This document shows positions 29,101-38,100 of a DNA stretch of 64,000 bases, piece after piece. The DNA lies in contig NMRA01000225.1 in the NCBI GenBank assembly GCA_002633005.1, positions 488,547 through 552,546 on the forward strand, given 5' to 3'. Under the pieces are notes generated by a model. It was not told where the DNA came from, did not search any database, and saw only the letters and a list, made by a program, of their open reading frames with translations. The stretch comes from Phoronis australis (Eukaryota; Animalia; Phoronida). Position numbers and translations under genes: made by a program. Position 1 is the first letter of the stretch; each line of letters starts with the position of its first letter.

Positions 29101-30588
29101 TATGAACGTTTATCTTGTGTTCTGCGCTTTATCTATGAAAAGAATCACCGAGTCCCACACACCGAAAATTTCTGATGAAAATACATTTAATGGCTAGCTT
29201 AACTGGGTGAAATTCAGCTTTAAATGCCTAGCACTCCATCAATCTAGTTGGTAGATCCTAATGGGCTGCCCTTTTATTCAATGCGCTGTATTAATAATAG
29301 CATTTGTCCCGTCGACACGGTACTCTTGTGTTATTGGTTGTTCAGACTAGTGAGTTGTTTGTCCTCTGCATTTCAGAGAGAGTTGGCGGATAAAAAAGCT
29401 GAGGAAGACAAGTGGGCTGGCATACCTGCCTGGAAGAAGAATTTGATGATTGAACAAGAGAAGAAACGGCAGATAGAGCAGGTAGGTTGCGTAAGGGTAA
29501 CCGTGATAGGGGGCGCTGTTGTATAGTGCAGGAAGGTGAGAGCTCGCAAATATTTATTGAATGTCCAGAGACTGGAAGGGGCATCTAAAACTGTTCTGAG
29601 AGGCGGTAACGGATGGCTGTGACCCACCTTGATGGTTGGCTTGCCATCCCTTGTGATTTTTTAAGAGGAGTTAGAGTTAGTTGGATGTGTATGTATTTGT
29701 AGTTGGTTGTTTATTTAATATATCAAGTGTTACTGGTTGCTGTGTGAGGTTGCAAATGTCTAGTTGACACTGGTACTGTTGTTTGATGTTTAGTGCATGG
29801 AGGCATGGTGTTTCTAGTAAGTGCCATGTGCAACATTGGATCAACCTGAGTAACAAGGACGCAAAATAGAACCTGTCAAAAAATTAATGTCATTAAAAGC
29901 TACCCTACCTGAACGTCCATCAGATTCGTTTGAGCAGCCAGTTGCCAATTGAATGCCAGAACTTGAGAAAGCTAAATGCTGGTTGCGGAGTGCTGTATTT
30001 GATGTGTAAGTTTCATTTCAAGTGGACCGCAAATCGTGTAGTTTCAAAAAGGGAGCTTGGTTTTCATTGAGAACTTTTTACATACGTTGATCAGTGTGTT
30101 TTAGCCTTCAGTCACATGCAGCTAGCTATGTGGCTATGCTGTTATGTAGCTCGGGTAAGGGATGCTAATGTAGTCAGGCAGTGATAAAATTGGCCTCTGA
30201 CCACTGAACTCCTAAAGCTCGACTAAACCAAGCACATGGTGCCTTCAGGATGACTTTCAGATTTTAACTCCGAGATGAAACTGGACTAAATCCAAAACTC
30301 CTTTTCAAATTAATTTCTTACACCCCTGAGGCACAGCGTATTTGCTCTACTGGGTAGTTTACATCACTAACTGCTGCATGTTTATTTACCCTTGATGTGG
30401 TAGCTTACCATATTGCCGTTAAACTGTTTACTCTGCGCGATGTTATCTTCATTACTAGAAGCGCATTGGTATAGAGTACCATCAATTTGTAGGCACCGCT
30501 GAAGGAGAAAGAGCAACAACAGCTGGACGAGGAGGCGAGGCTGCAAGCCATGCCCCCCTGGAAACGAGAACTGTTGAAGAAGAAGTAA
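1730..30588 (+). CDS. Multi-exon proline-rich WH2-containing actin regulator with espin/forked-like C-terminal actin-bundling module (5' end probably upstream of window)
   Basis: Exons join in one frame through GT-AG junctions: 1730-2146, 2745-2821, 3669-3749, 3921-5213 (after removing the N-joined duplicate), 7969-8079, 9770-9853, 11611-11826, 13655-13711, 18095-18319, 24187-24276, 27528-27637, 29377-29481, 30493-30588. The C-terminus EEARLQAMPPWKRELLKKK resembles vertebrate espin EEARLASMPAWRRDLLRKK (recalled). Confidence 0.72.
2745..2821 (+). CDS. Actin-regulator small exon (EYMAMYSGGADSQLYECMDQQNVMPK)
   Basis: Acceptor tttgtcttgtgtag, donor AAG|gtaacg. Phase 1-0 is exactly what is needed to bridge the flanking exons. 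Confidence 0.75.
3669..3749 (+). CDS. Actin-regulator exon (IRQKCAPAPPKRDPNTRLSQPNSPVVK)
   Basis: Acceptor ccttttag, donor AAG|gtttgt, phase 0-0; carries a PxxPxR SH3-ligand-type motif. Confidence 0.75.
3921..5213 (+). CDS. Large polyproline exon ending in a WH2-like motif (GGLLAGLANVELKKV)
   Basis: Acceptor ttccag, donor G|gtcagt; covered by ORFs 3903-5147 and 5096-5284. The apparent frameshift is caused by the duplication around N5038. Confidence 0.88.
4878..5198. repeat. 160-bp direct duplication joined by a single N (probable assembly overlap artefact)
   Basis: 4878-5037 and 5039-5198 are near identical; N at 5038. Confidence 0.85.
7969..8079 (+). CDS. WH2-motif exon (LQNSLIAQLQTGIQLKRS)
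   Basis: Acceptor caatag, donor G|gtgagg, phase 1-1; amphipathic helix followed by LKRS, matching the WH2 LKKT-type motif. Confidence 0.8.
9770..9853 (+). CDS. Actin-regulator linker exon
   Basis: Acceptor ttctaacag, donor C|gtgagt, phase 1-1, 84 nt open. Confidence 0.72.
11611..11826 (+). CDS. Acidic/proline-rich linker exon
   Basis: Acceptor ttccatatag, donor G|gttggt, phase 1-1; overlaps ORF 11619-11837 (SDDEPPSEPPPPPP). Confidence 0.8.
13655..13711 (+). CDS. Small linker exon (EDKVEIAKDTNNIIIVNGS)
   Basis: Pyrimidine-rich acceptor ending gccag, donor G|gttagt, phase 1-1. Confidence 0.6.
15624..16200. repeat. Diverged tandem duplication, about 305-bp period
   Basis: gcagccattataattccat starts at 15624 and at 15929; collinear blocks follow (aaacctctg..ctctct..gtctcaaagt, aatatcacaaggaattgt). 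Confidence 0.75.
18088..18319 (+). CDS. Acidic exon: either an internal exon (acceptor at 18094) or the first coding exon of a short isoform (ACCATG at 18088)
   Basis: Within ORF 18076-18354; donor G|gtaaaa is phase 1 and compatible with the exon at 24187. Confidence 0.72.
23092..23247. mobile_element. hAT-type MITE
   Basis: Perfect 14-bp TIR CAGTGCTGTAGTGG / CCACTACAGCACTG; 8-bp TSD TGTTTAGG / TATTTAGG with one mismatch. Confidence 0.8.
24187..24276 (+). CDS. Ser/Pro-rich linker exon
   Basis: Acceptor ttttactttcag, donor G|gtaacc, phase 1-1. Confidence 0.75.
27528..27637 (+). CDS. Espin-like module exon 1 (PEGTPGWKKAMIEKKNKE)
   Basis: Acceptor tttcag, donor CAC|gtaagt, phase 1-0. Confidence 0.85.
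29377..29481 (+). CDS. Espin-like module exon 2 (WAGIPAWKKNLMIEQEKKR)
   Basis: Acceptor tttcag, donor CAG|gtaggt, phase 0-0. Confidence 0.87.
30493..30588 (+). CDS. Terminal coding exon (EEARLQAMPPWKRELLKKK*)
   Basis: Acceptor ttgtag, stop TAA at 30586-30588, AATAAA downstream at 31278. Confidence 0.87.
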   Translation, partial: APLKEKEQQQLDEEARLQAMPPWKRELLKKK

Positions 30589-31277
30589 CTAGACTGCGTC
30601 TTGAAGTGGAGAGTCAGCAGCGTACAGATTACAACGCTGAAGTCGAGACGGCATCTTGAATTTCATTCACACAGCTGGTTGACGATTAGTTTGCCTTACG
30701 GTCAATGCGTTTCTGTGAGATTTTAAAAACAAGTTTCATATATTTTGTACTCAAAATATACTGTATATTTGCATATTATTTGTATTTGGCAGTTGCTGTA
30801 TCTCTGCTGTCATCGTTTCGCTCTCATTACGCAATCGTGTATTATTTTATTGGTTTCTGCACTGCCACGCGCAGATAACTGTGGTGATTGGTGACCTAGT
30901 GCAATTAGGAAAATTGCTATGTTTAGAGCTTAATGGTTTTGTTGTGGCGTTCTTGTGCTGCGTGATGCAAGTCCAGTATGGGTATTCCGTTGGACTTCAA
31001 TTTAAAGAGTGTTAAGGCTGAGGCAATTATGGTTCAGGCTCTATTTGCTGTTCATTTTGGAAGAATAGTTGTATGTATTAATCTATTACCCTGCGGGTGT
31101 CATTGCTATGGCACAGTTGTTGTAGTTTGTATGTTGACATACCCATTAATGTGTGTCTGTCCTTAGTTCAAGATTTCCGTCTGACAGAAAGAATATTCAA
31201 CATCTTGTCCTGTGGTTTCTGTGCTTGGGATAACATGACGTCACCCTGAAATGTATTTCTGATTGATCTTAAGTGGC

Positions 31278-31283
31278 AATAAA
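31278..31283 (+). terminator. Probable polyadenylation signal of the actin-regulator gene
   Basis: AATAAA about 690 nt after the stop, followed by a GT/T-rich tract (gttgttgtttttt). Confidence 0.55.
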
Positions 31284-32165
31284 CTTTTGTGCACTACTTG
31301 GACATCACATTGTGCAGGTTGTTGTTTTTTTAACTTGGATGCCTTCAGTCAGGGTAGTCCTGTGGGCATCTTTGATGAGTTTAAACCATAGACTATATGG
31401 TTTAAACTAACTTGATACTGTACATTACAGGAAGCACGTGATCTTGGCTATTACTACACTCGTGAGGAACGAGACCCACTGGGTCTGGTCCACAGCAGGT
31501 GGACTGACCACTAAGCAGAAGATTACTGCCGGAGTGCCAGGCCAAACTAGTTGTCAGTCATAGGACAAGGTTTTAGTCCAAAAATTGGTTCATAGCTTTT
31601 AGTTGTTGAAAGAAATTAGCGTTCCTAGTGTCATATCGCCTTAAATTTCCTTCCACCCGGCGTTCAGTTCTTTTTATTCGGAAATGTTTCATATCTGGGT
31701 GTAGCTGTTGAGTGCCATAGGCAGTTTACTGACTATGAACGAATCCGAAAACTGCAAAGTCGCCTTTAGCCACAGTTGCAATTGGCTGTTTTTGTTTGGC
31801 TCTGCCTTTTACAAATAACCAAGCTCCTTCATGTGATGTTCATGAAATTTGGCAAATATTCCGGTCACGTAGACAATATGGGCCCCGTTGTCTCAGTGGT
31901 ATTTGGCCTACACACGTTGCGCTCCTTCATTGGTGCTGCTTCTGGTGTCCTTTGTCGTCTGCCTCCCTGTCCTCCAAAGATCTTGAAAAATCATGATGGA
32001 AGGTTTTTTAAAAGTGCCGTCTTCAGTTACTGTTGAGTGCAGCACTCCAGAGGCTATTAACTTTTCTAGCAATGCTCCGTTTATTCAGGGCTTGGAATTT
32101 TCCTCTTTTAAGAGGATTTCCTCTTTAGTTCATGTGTCGTCTTATTTGATTTCCAGTTTCCTCTT

Positions 32166-32694
32166 TTTTCGTTTTTTATTTTACTCTATAAAACGTTTAT
32201 TCCAGTTAAATTTTACAACAAACTTATCTCTATCACACAAGCTTACCACCTGGAAAATTTCCCTCTTTTTGTCATTGGTCATCCCAAGCCTTGTCTATTA
32301 CGAATAAGTAATGATAAAATCTGCGTGGTACGCGGAACACACGGTGGGTGCATACCGTTATGAACATTGGTGTCTGTTAATATGGCCTAGACCCGTACGC
32401 TTGAGTGAAGTACATCCCGNTATCCTAGATCCGCCACTGTTTTTCGTTTTTTATTTTACTCTATAAAACGTTTATTCCAGTTAAATTTTACAACAAACTT
32501 ATCTCTATCACACAAGCTTACCACCTGAAAAATTTCCCTCTTTTTGTCATTGGTCATCCCAAGCCTTGTCTATTACGAATAAGTAATGATAAAATCTGCG
32601 TGGTACGCGGAACACACGGTGGGTGCATACCGTTATGAACATTGGTGTCTGTTAATATGGCCTAGACCCGTACGCTTGAGTGAAGTACATCCCG
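32166..32694. repeat. About 254-bp duplication around a single N (probable haplotype overlap)
   Basis: 32166-32419 matches 32440-32694; N at 32420, followed by a 19-bp MITE-end-like sequence. Confidence 0.85.
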
Positions 32695-33477
32695 AAGCAC
32701 CATTCTCCAATAAACCTGTATTCCGACTATATAATTTTTGTTTTTAAACTACAGCATCTGCCTTCTGCCCCCGAGAAGCTTTTTATATACGGCGAATATC
32801 CAACAGTTGGAAATGAGGCTTACCCGGCCAGCAAGAGGGAAATGCATAATCCATGATGACGCCAGACCGTCATATTGCTAGAACAAGTGTTTCGTTAGTT
32901 CGTATTAGAGGTCGTGTTAGTGATGCGTTTTATAAGAAAATCACAATTTCGGCGATATCATGATTTTATAACACAATTCAACAGGCACGAATCCACGTTC
33001 CACACCCTGACATAGTAAACGTTAGCATTACTCAGGACATACCGACGCACTGTTTTCACGTGGACGATTGTGATCATGCATATTAGGACTCTGCTGACTA
33101 TAAACAGTTGACACCTTATTTATGAACGGCGTTAACTTTGCTTGTGGTTAAAAACAAACGCATAAAAACTTCATTCGCTGTTCGTTGATCAAAAGTTAAT
33201 TCGGTAAATTTAAAATGGTGACGTGGTGGTTTTTGGAAGAAATGGAGCGAAATTAGCAACTGCTGCAGAAAATATTTATTGCAAGAAATTGACCCGCATT
33301 AATATCCGTTGAGACTTGCATGAGCAGTGAAATTGAAGCACGGCACCTGTTGCATTGGGCCTGTAAAAGGTTTTAAGTAACGTGTTGGCGTTTCTGTTTT
33401 ACGTACTTTATTTCGCAAAATTCCTACATCATTTTCCCATTGTTATAATTATTAGGATTTGGCGATAGGTAGTCATT

Positions 33478-33710
33478 GGCCCATTCCAAAAATCTGATTG
33501 TAAGTTCATTTTTACAAAGTCTAAGATTTGTCTCAAATTCCAATCTGAAACTTCCACAACCAAGTAAGATAGTCAAAATTAAGACAAAACTTAAGTCAAA
33601 ACTTTAAGATCTCTTTCTTGAAACGAACTTCAGACAAATTTAAGTTTTATCTTAAAAGTGGCTGAAATTTAATATCTGTCTTAGCTAAGTCAGTTGATTT
33701 GGAAAGGGCC
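33478..33710. mobile_element. PIF/Harbinger-like MITE
   Basis: TIR GGCCCATTCCAAA / TTTGGAAAGGGCC with AT-rich, TAAG-repeat interior. Confidence 0.5.
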
Positions 33711-33941
33711 CTTTGATTACAAAAAATGAGCCCTGGAATACATAGAGTTAAGCTGGTAAATGTGGCCACTGTGAAAAGTTGATTGCAAGGGACAACCCCA
33801 GTTCAACCGGTTCCGCCGCCAATGAAATGCTTTGAACGACAAGCTAGACTATCTGGTACATGGCATCAGTCACTGAAACAACAATCTTATGGATATTTCC
33901 CTAAGAAGCTAACCCTAAGACGAAATAAAGAACAGCAATGT

Positions 33942-34085
33942 AGGGGCCGACTCAGGATTTTGAGTTGGGAGGGCAGGGCAAAGTATTAGCCAGGATTTTC
34001 CACGTCAGACATTCGCACCCCCGAACTGCTAATTGGAATGTGGGAGAATTTGGGGGGGCATGGTCCCCCTCTAAATCCGCCTCTG
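33942..34085. mobile_element. Short GC-rich MITE of the CAGGGGCGGATC...GATCCGCCCCTG type
   Basis: Ends aggggccgactcaggattt and ccctctaaatccgcctctg; related ends occur at 32421-32439 and about 48840. Confidence 0.45.
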
Positions 34086-35035
34086 CAGCATTGAATACAC
34101 TTACAAGTTTCAGCATTGAGTTTTTGTTGTAATTTTCAACGACAAAAACCCAAGGTGTTGGAGTACATCTCAGTAATCGTAAATCAAGATTCAGGCCTAC
34201 TGAGAAACTCAATAATCATTTTTGTAAAGTTGATATACTGTAGCCCACAGCTTATGAGTCGAAACATGTGCTAGGCCTACTCAAATTTAACCAGTTAAAT
34301 GTTTTATAATTCATGCATTCTGGGCTGAATGAATTAATTGGAAATACATTCCATACTATTAACATTAGAATACCTGAATTACATTCATCTTACATTATTG
34401 AGATATCAAAAACGACACAGATTCTTAAAATCAATTTATTTCTCGTTGTAACAATAAATGGATGTAGTATCGGATGTAAGAATCATTCCTTGCTCTCTAC
34501 GTTTCTGCGATCCAAAGTTATTTGTACGTATTCAATCTACGGTTGCACCGACCATGCACCTAGATTTTGCGCAGTAGGCCTAAGCAGTACGCGCTAGCAC
34601 AGACAGCTAACCGCGCATTGGCAAGGTTCACAATGAACTACTGCTCTTATTAAAGAAAAATATATTAATTTTTTCTACTTCTTTTTACGATCGGTTGTTT
34701 CTAGTTCTGAAAGATGGTGAATGCAGGAGAAGGCAAACGCATCGGAGTGTGACCAATCGAGAAAGCGGCCGCCCTGGCGCCGTACTGTGTGTCGAACCGG
34801 AGTTTTCAAGCATCTTAAACTGTCTTCTTTTTTAAAAAATAACATCGTGTTCGACACACATTCCCAGTAATCAGTCGGAGAACCAGTCTGCCTGCATATG
34901 AAATAAACTCATAAAGTGTTGACCGTTCTTACGTCCACAGCTGCACATGATCGCCCCCTCCCGAGACCATGAACTTTATCACAACGGAATAATGTGATTA
35001 CACGAATCAATGAATGCGTCTGAGAAAGCCTATTG

Positions 35036-35060
35036 TGACGTCAAGAGCTCGTTATAAATA
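35036..35060 (+). promoter_or_regulatory. Annexin core promoter: palindromic CRE (TGACGTCA) plus TATA box (TATAAATA)
   Basis: TGACGTCA at 35036-35043 and TATAAATA at 35053-35060, about 60 nt upstream of ATG 35120. Confidence 0.6.
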
Positions 35061-35119
35061 TGAGTAGCATGTATCAAAATATTTCGCTTTATATAGAAGA
35101 CTGTTGTATCTGAACGAAT

Positions 35120-35137
35120 ATGTCTCACAAGTTTAAG
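35120..35137 (+). CDS. Annexin exon 1 (MSHKFK)
   Basis: ATG downstream of the TATA box; strong donor AAG|gtaagt; phase 0 matches exon 2. Confidence 0.75.
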
Positions 35138-38100
35138 GTAAGTGCATGACCCGCAATCATGAATTTATGTAGCGTCTTCGCACAGTCTCATACGACCTTC
35201 AGGCCTGACAGATGGTATTGGTAGGCCTATTATGCGTTTTACCCGGAACCCCCGTCCCCGCGCCCTAGAGCGAGCGGTGCATGGTGTGGTAGCAACGATT
35301 TTCTTCGTTTGGCAACGGCGTCTTTAACAAAAGTAGTCTCAGTTACAACCCGCTGAATCATGACATGGAGAAAAAGATTGAAGGAAACGCACTGCCGCCG
35401 TTGCGAAACCACAAGGGCTAAGTTACCAGAAAATCTGTTTCTATGGAAGTAGATTATACTGTGTTTGAATTGTCACATTTGATGGTATATGTGCTATTAG
35501 GGTCACCTTTTGCACAAGATCACATCAAGGTACGTCATCGTTTTTTCGACCGAAAACGCATTTTGGGGAGATAATTGTTGGGTGGGATGGACTTAGTTTC
35601 GACCCGCGCTCTTAACAAAAAAATCCTTTGTATTTCTGTTACTTGATTACACCGATTGGTAAATTCTGACTGTTTTCTGTCAGGCATTCTATGCAACCAA
35701 GGCGGTGACACTCGTTAGCGGTTCAAAATTGCATATCGCTAATGTTATCTGACTATAAAACCGAAAATCGAATCAGTAAGCCATTTCACTCTCATGAAAT
35801 CAGTCTCATAAATTCCCTCCGTGATAGGCTGTTCCATTTTAGTTACCAAAAACGTCAAAACCATCAACGACTCGAGAAAACGTTTCCGAGTTTATTAGCG
35901 TTGGCGGATACAAAAACGGCGCACGCACGCATTGCATATGGCTTGATAACGATAAGAAATCATATCACCGTAGGGAATATAATGAGACCGACTTTAATTA
36001 ACTAAAAGGCCTAATTCCATTTTCGTATTTTAAGTTAGCCAGCTAAATAGCCAAATTATCATAAGTGGAGCTGACATGTAGCTCCTACAGCAGATCAGGT
36101 GGCTGCCGCGAAGTTTCCACTGATAGAAGCTTTCCAATATTGCCATACGTGCTTCGAATATCTGTTTTGCTTGCGTTCTCATTTTCATACCACTCACCGG
36201 TTCCTGAAATGATTAATTTTAATCAGTGAAAATTAACATCGTGCCTTCAAGTTATTGATGTGGCGCATCACATCTAAATGTACGTTTGGTGAAGTTGACA
36301 TTTATCACACCTAGCCACAGTTGGTCTGCGCCTCGACCTGACTCCTGCCACCATGCGCCTTTACTTCACAGACTCCAAAAACTCTCCTTTTTCAGGGTTC
36401 TGTTGTTCCAGTCAAGGATGACGAATTCAACCCTGAATGGGCTGCCGAGATGCTTTACAAGGCCGTCAAAGGGTTAGGTACAGATCGCTAAATACAAACT
36501 AAGATAAACCGTGTACTACCTGATTTGCTCTGAAGTGATGTCGATGACTCTGTAATCCTATGATGGACTTAATGATTATATGCTATTGTGCACTGTCATT
36601 ATATGATTAACCGGATTAAGCGATTAATTCTTCCACTCGCCCATTAATGCCAACTCAAGTCTGTCCCAATTAGGTCAACGTGGACACCTCACTTAACATG
36701 TACTTGGTCCAGCTAACCGAATTGCAATTTTCAGGAACTGACGAGAAAGCCATAATTGACATATTGGTGTCCCACTCTAACCACCAATTACAAACTATCA
36801 AACTCCAATACAAGACTGCTTATGGACAGGTAAATATATTTTTCTTGAACTGCTCGGGTACTGATTGGTACTAATTATAGCACGTGATCGCGTATAAGAC
36901 AATTGAGTTCTATTCTGCTCCGAAGCCTAGCATGATGGGGCAGGTTTTAGTGGAGAACATAAAGCTTCCGACGTCAATCCCATGCGCAATTGCCGAGGTT
37001 GATCAATATTATATAATCACCAATCTATGCACCTTCGAGTATCATTAAAATTCTTGAATAACTTGTAGGTGCTGTCACTATCTGCACGCTAGTAGACAAG
37101 AACGCGTGCACCCCTCATCCCACAGTCGGCTCCAGCGAATTTCTCGGCACACCAAAGACGTCGCGGTGCCAGAGCACACATCGCTATTCGTGGGCCTGGG
37201 TGAAGGTTTATTAGATGAATAATTGCGTTCGTAACACGCCTGTTCAGCGTACTATTTTCAAAGTCAAAACAAAAACGAACAATAAGTAAGGCAACTACCA
37301 AAATGATTGCTTTAAAATTGAAATATCAATGTTATCCGTCTTCCAGTTTTCAAAATCTGTGTATTATAAGGGATATTATAGCGAATACGTTTTCTTCAGC
37401 AGCGCAGCTGAGCCACGCGCATTCATTAACTTTATATGCGCTAACTGCGAAGCGATACCGAAGCTAGTTTACAGTGAAACATCACGTATAGATGAGATAA
37501 AAGGAATGGGTTAGGCTCGCTTATAGCGTTTGGGTGACAATGTTTGCGTTGTCTTTTTCTCGCAGGACCGTCGGCAGATCACTGGGCGTACCCGAGCCAG
37601 CAGTCGCCAGATTACTTGTAAATAGCAGGTCGACTTCATTTGGTTGATCGACGTCAATAGCAGAGTAGCATCGTCTTTACATCGTTTAAATTTGACCACT
37701 GCTTCTGAGAATCCACACTTCAACCTATTCTAAGTATGTGTGTTCACTGATTCATGGATGTATGGACTGCTGACTGAAAATGTGGCTCGACTGACTTGGT
37801 TATTGAACAACACCACATCGTAAACCTTTATAAAAGTGTTAAGATTCTAAAAAGACACTGTCATCAATGAAATACAATTATAAGTTTATCTGCGAACTTT
37901 TCAAGAATGTGTAGGCTAGCTGGAATTTCAATTACGCAATTAACGTCATCGCAGTATAGTAGCCTTTTTTAATGTTTATTACGAAATCTTCAGAATACAA
38001 TGAATATACATAACCCAGAAAGCGCCAANTTGCCGAGGTTGAACAATATTATATAATCACCCAATCTATGCACCTTCGAGTATCATTAAAATTCTTGAAT

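Noticed and set aside
31600-32160. Purine-rich, coding-like minus-strand stretch (possible decayed TE ORF)
   Set aside because: Interrupted by stops and has no diagnostic motif; cannot be assigned.
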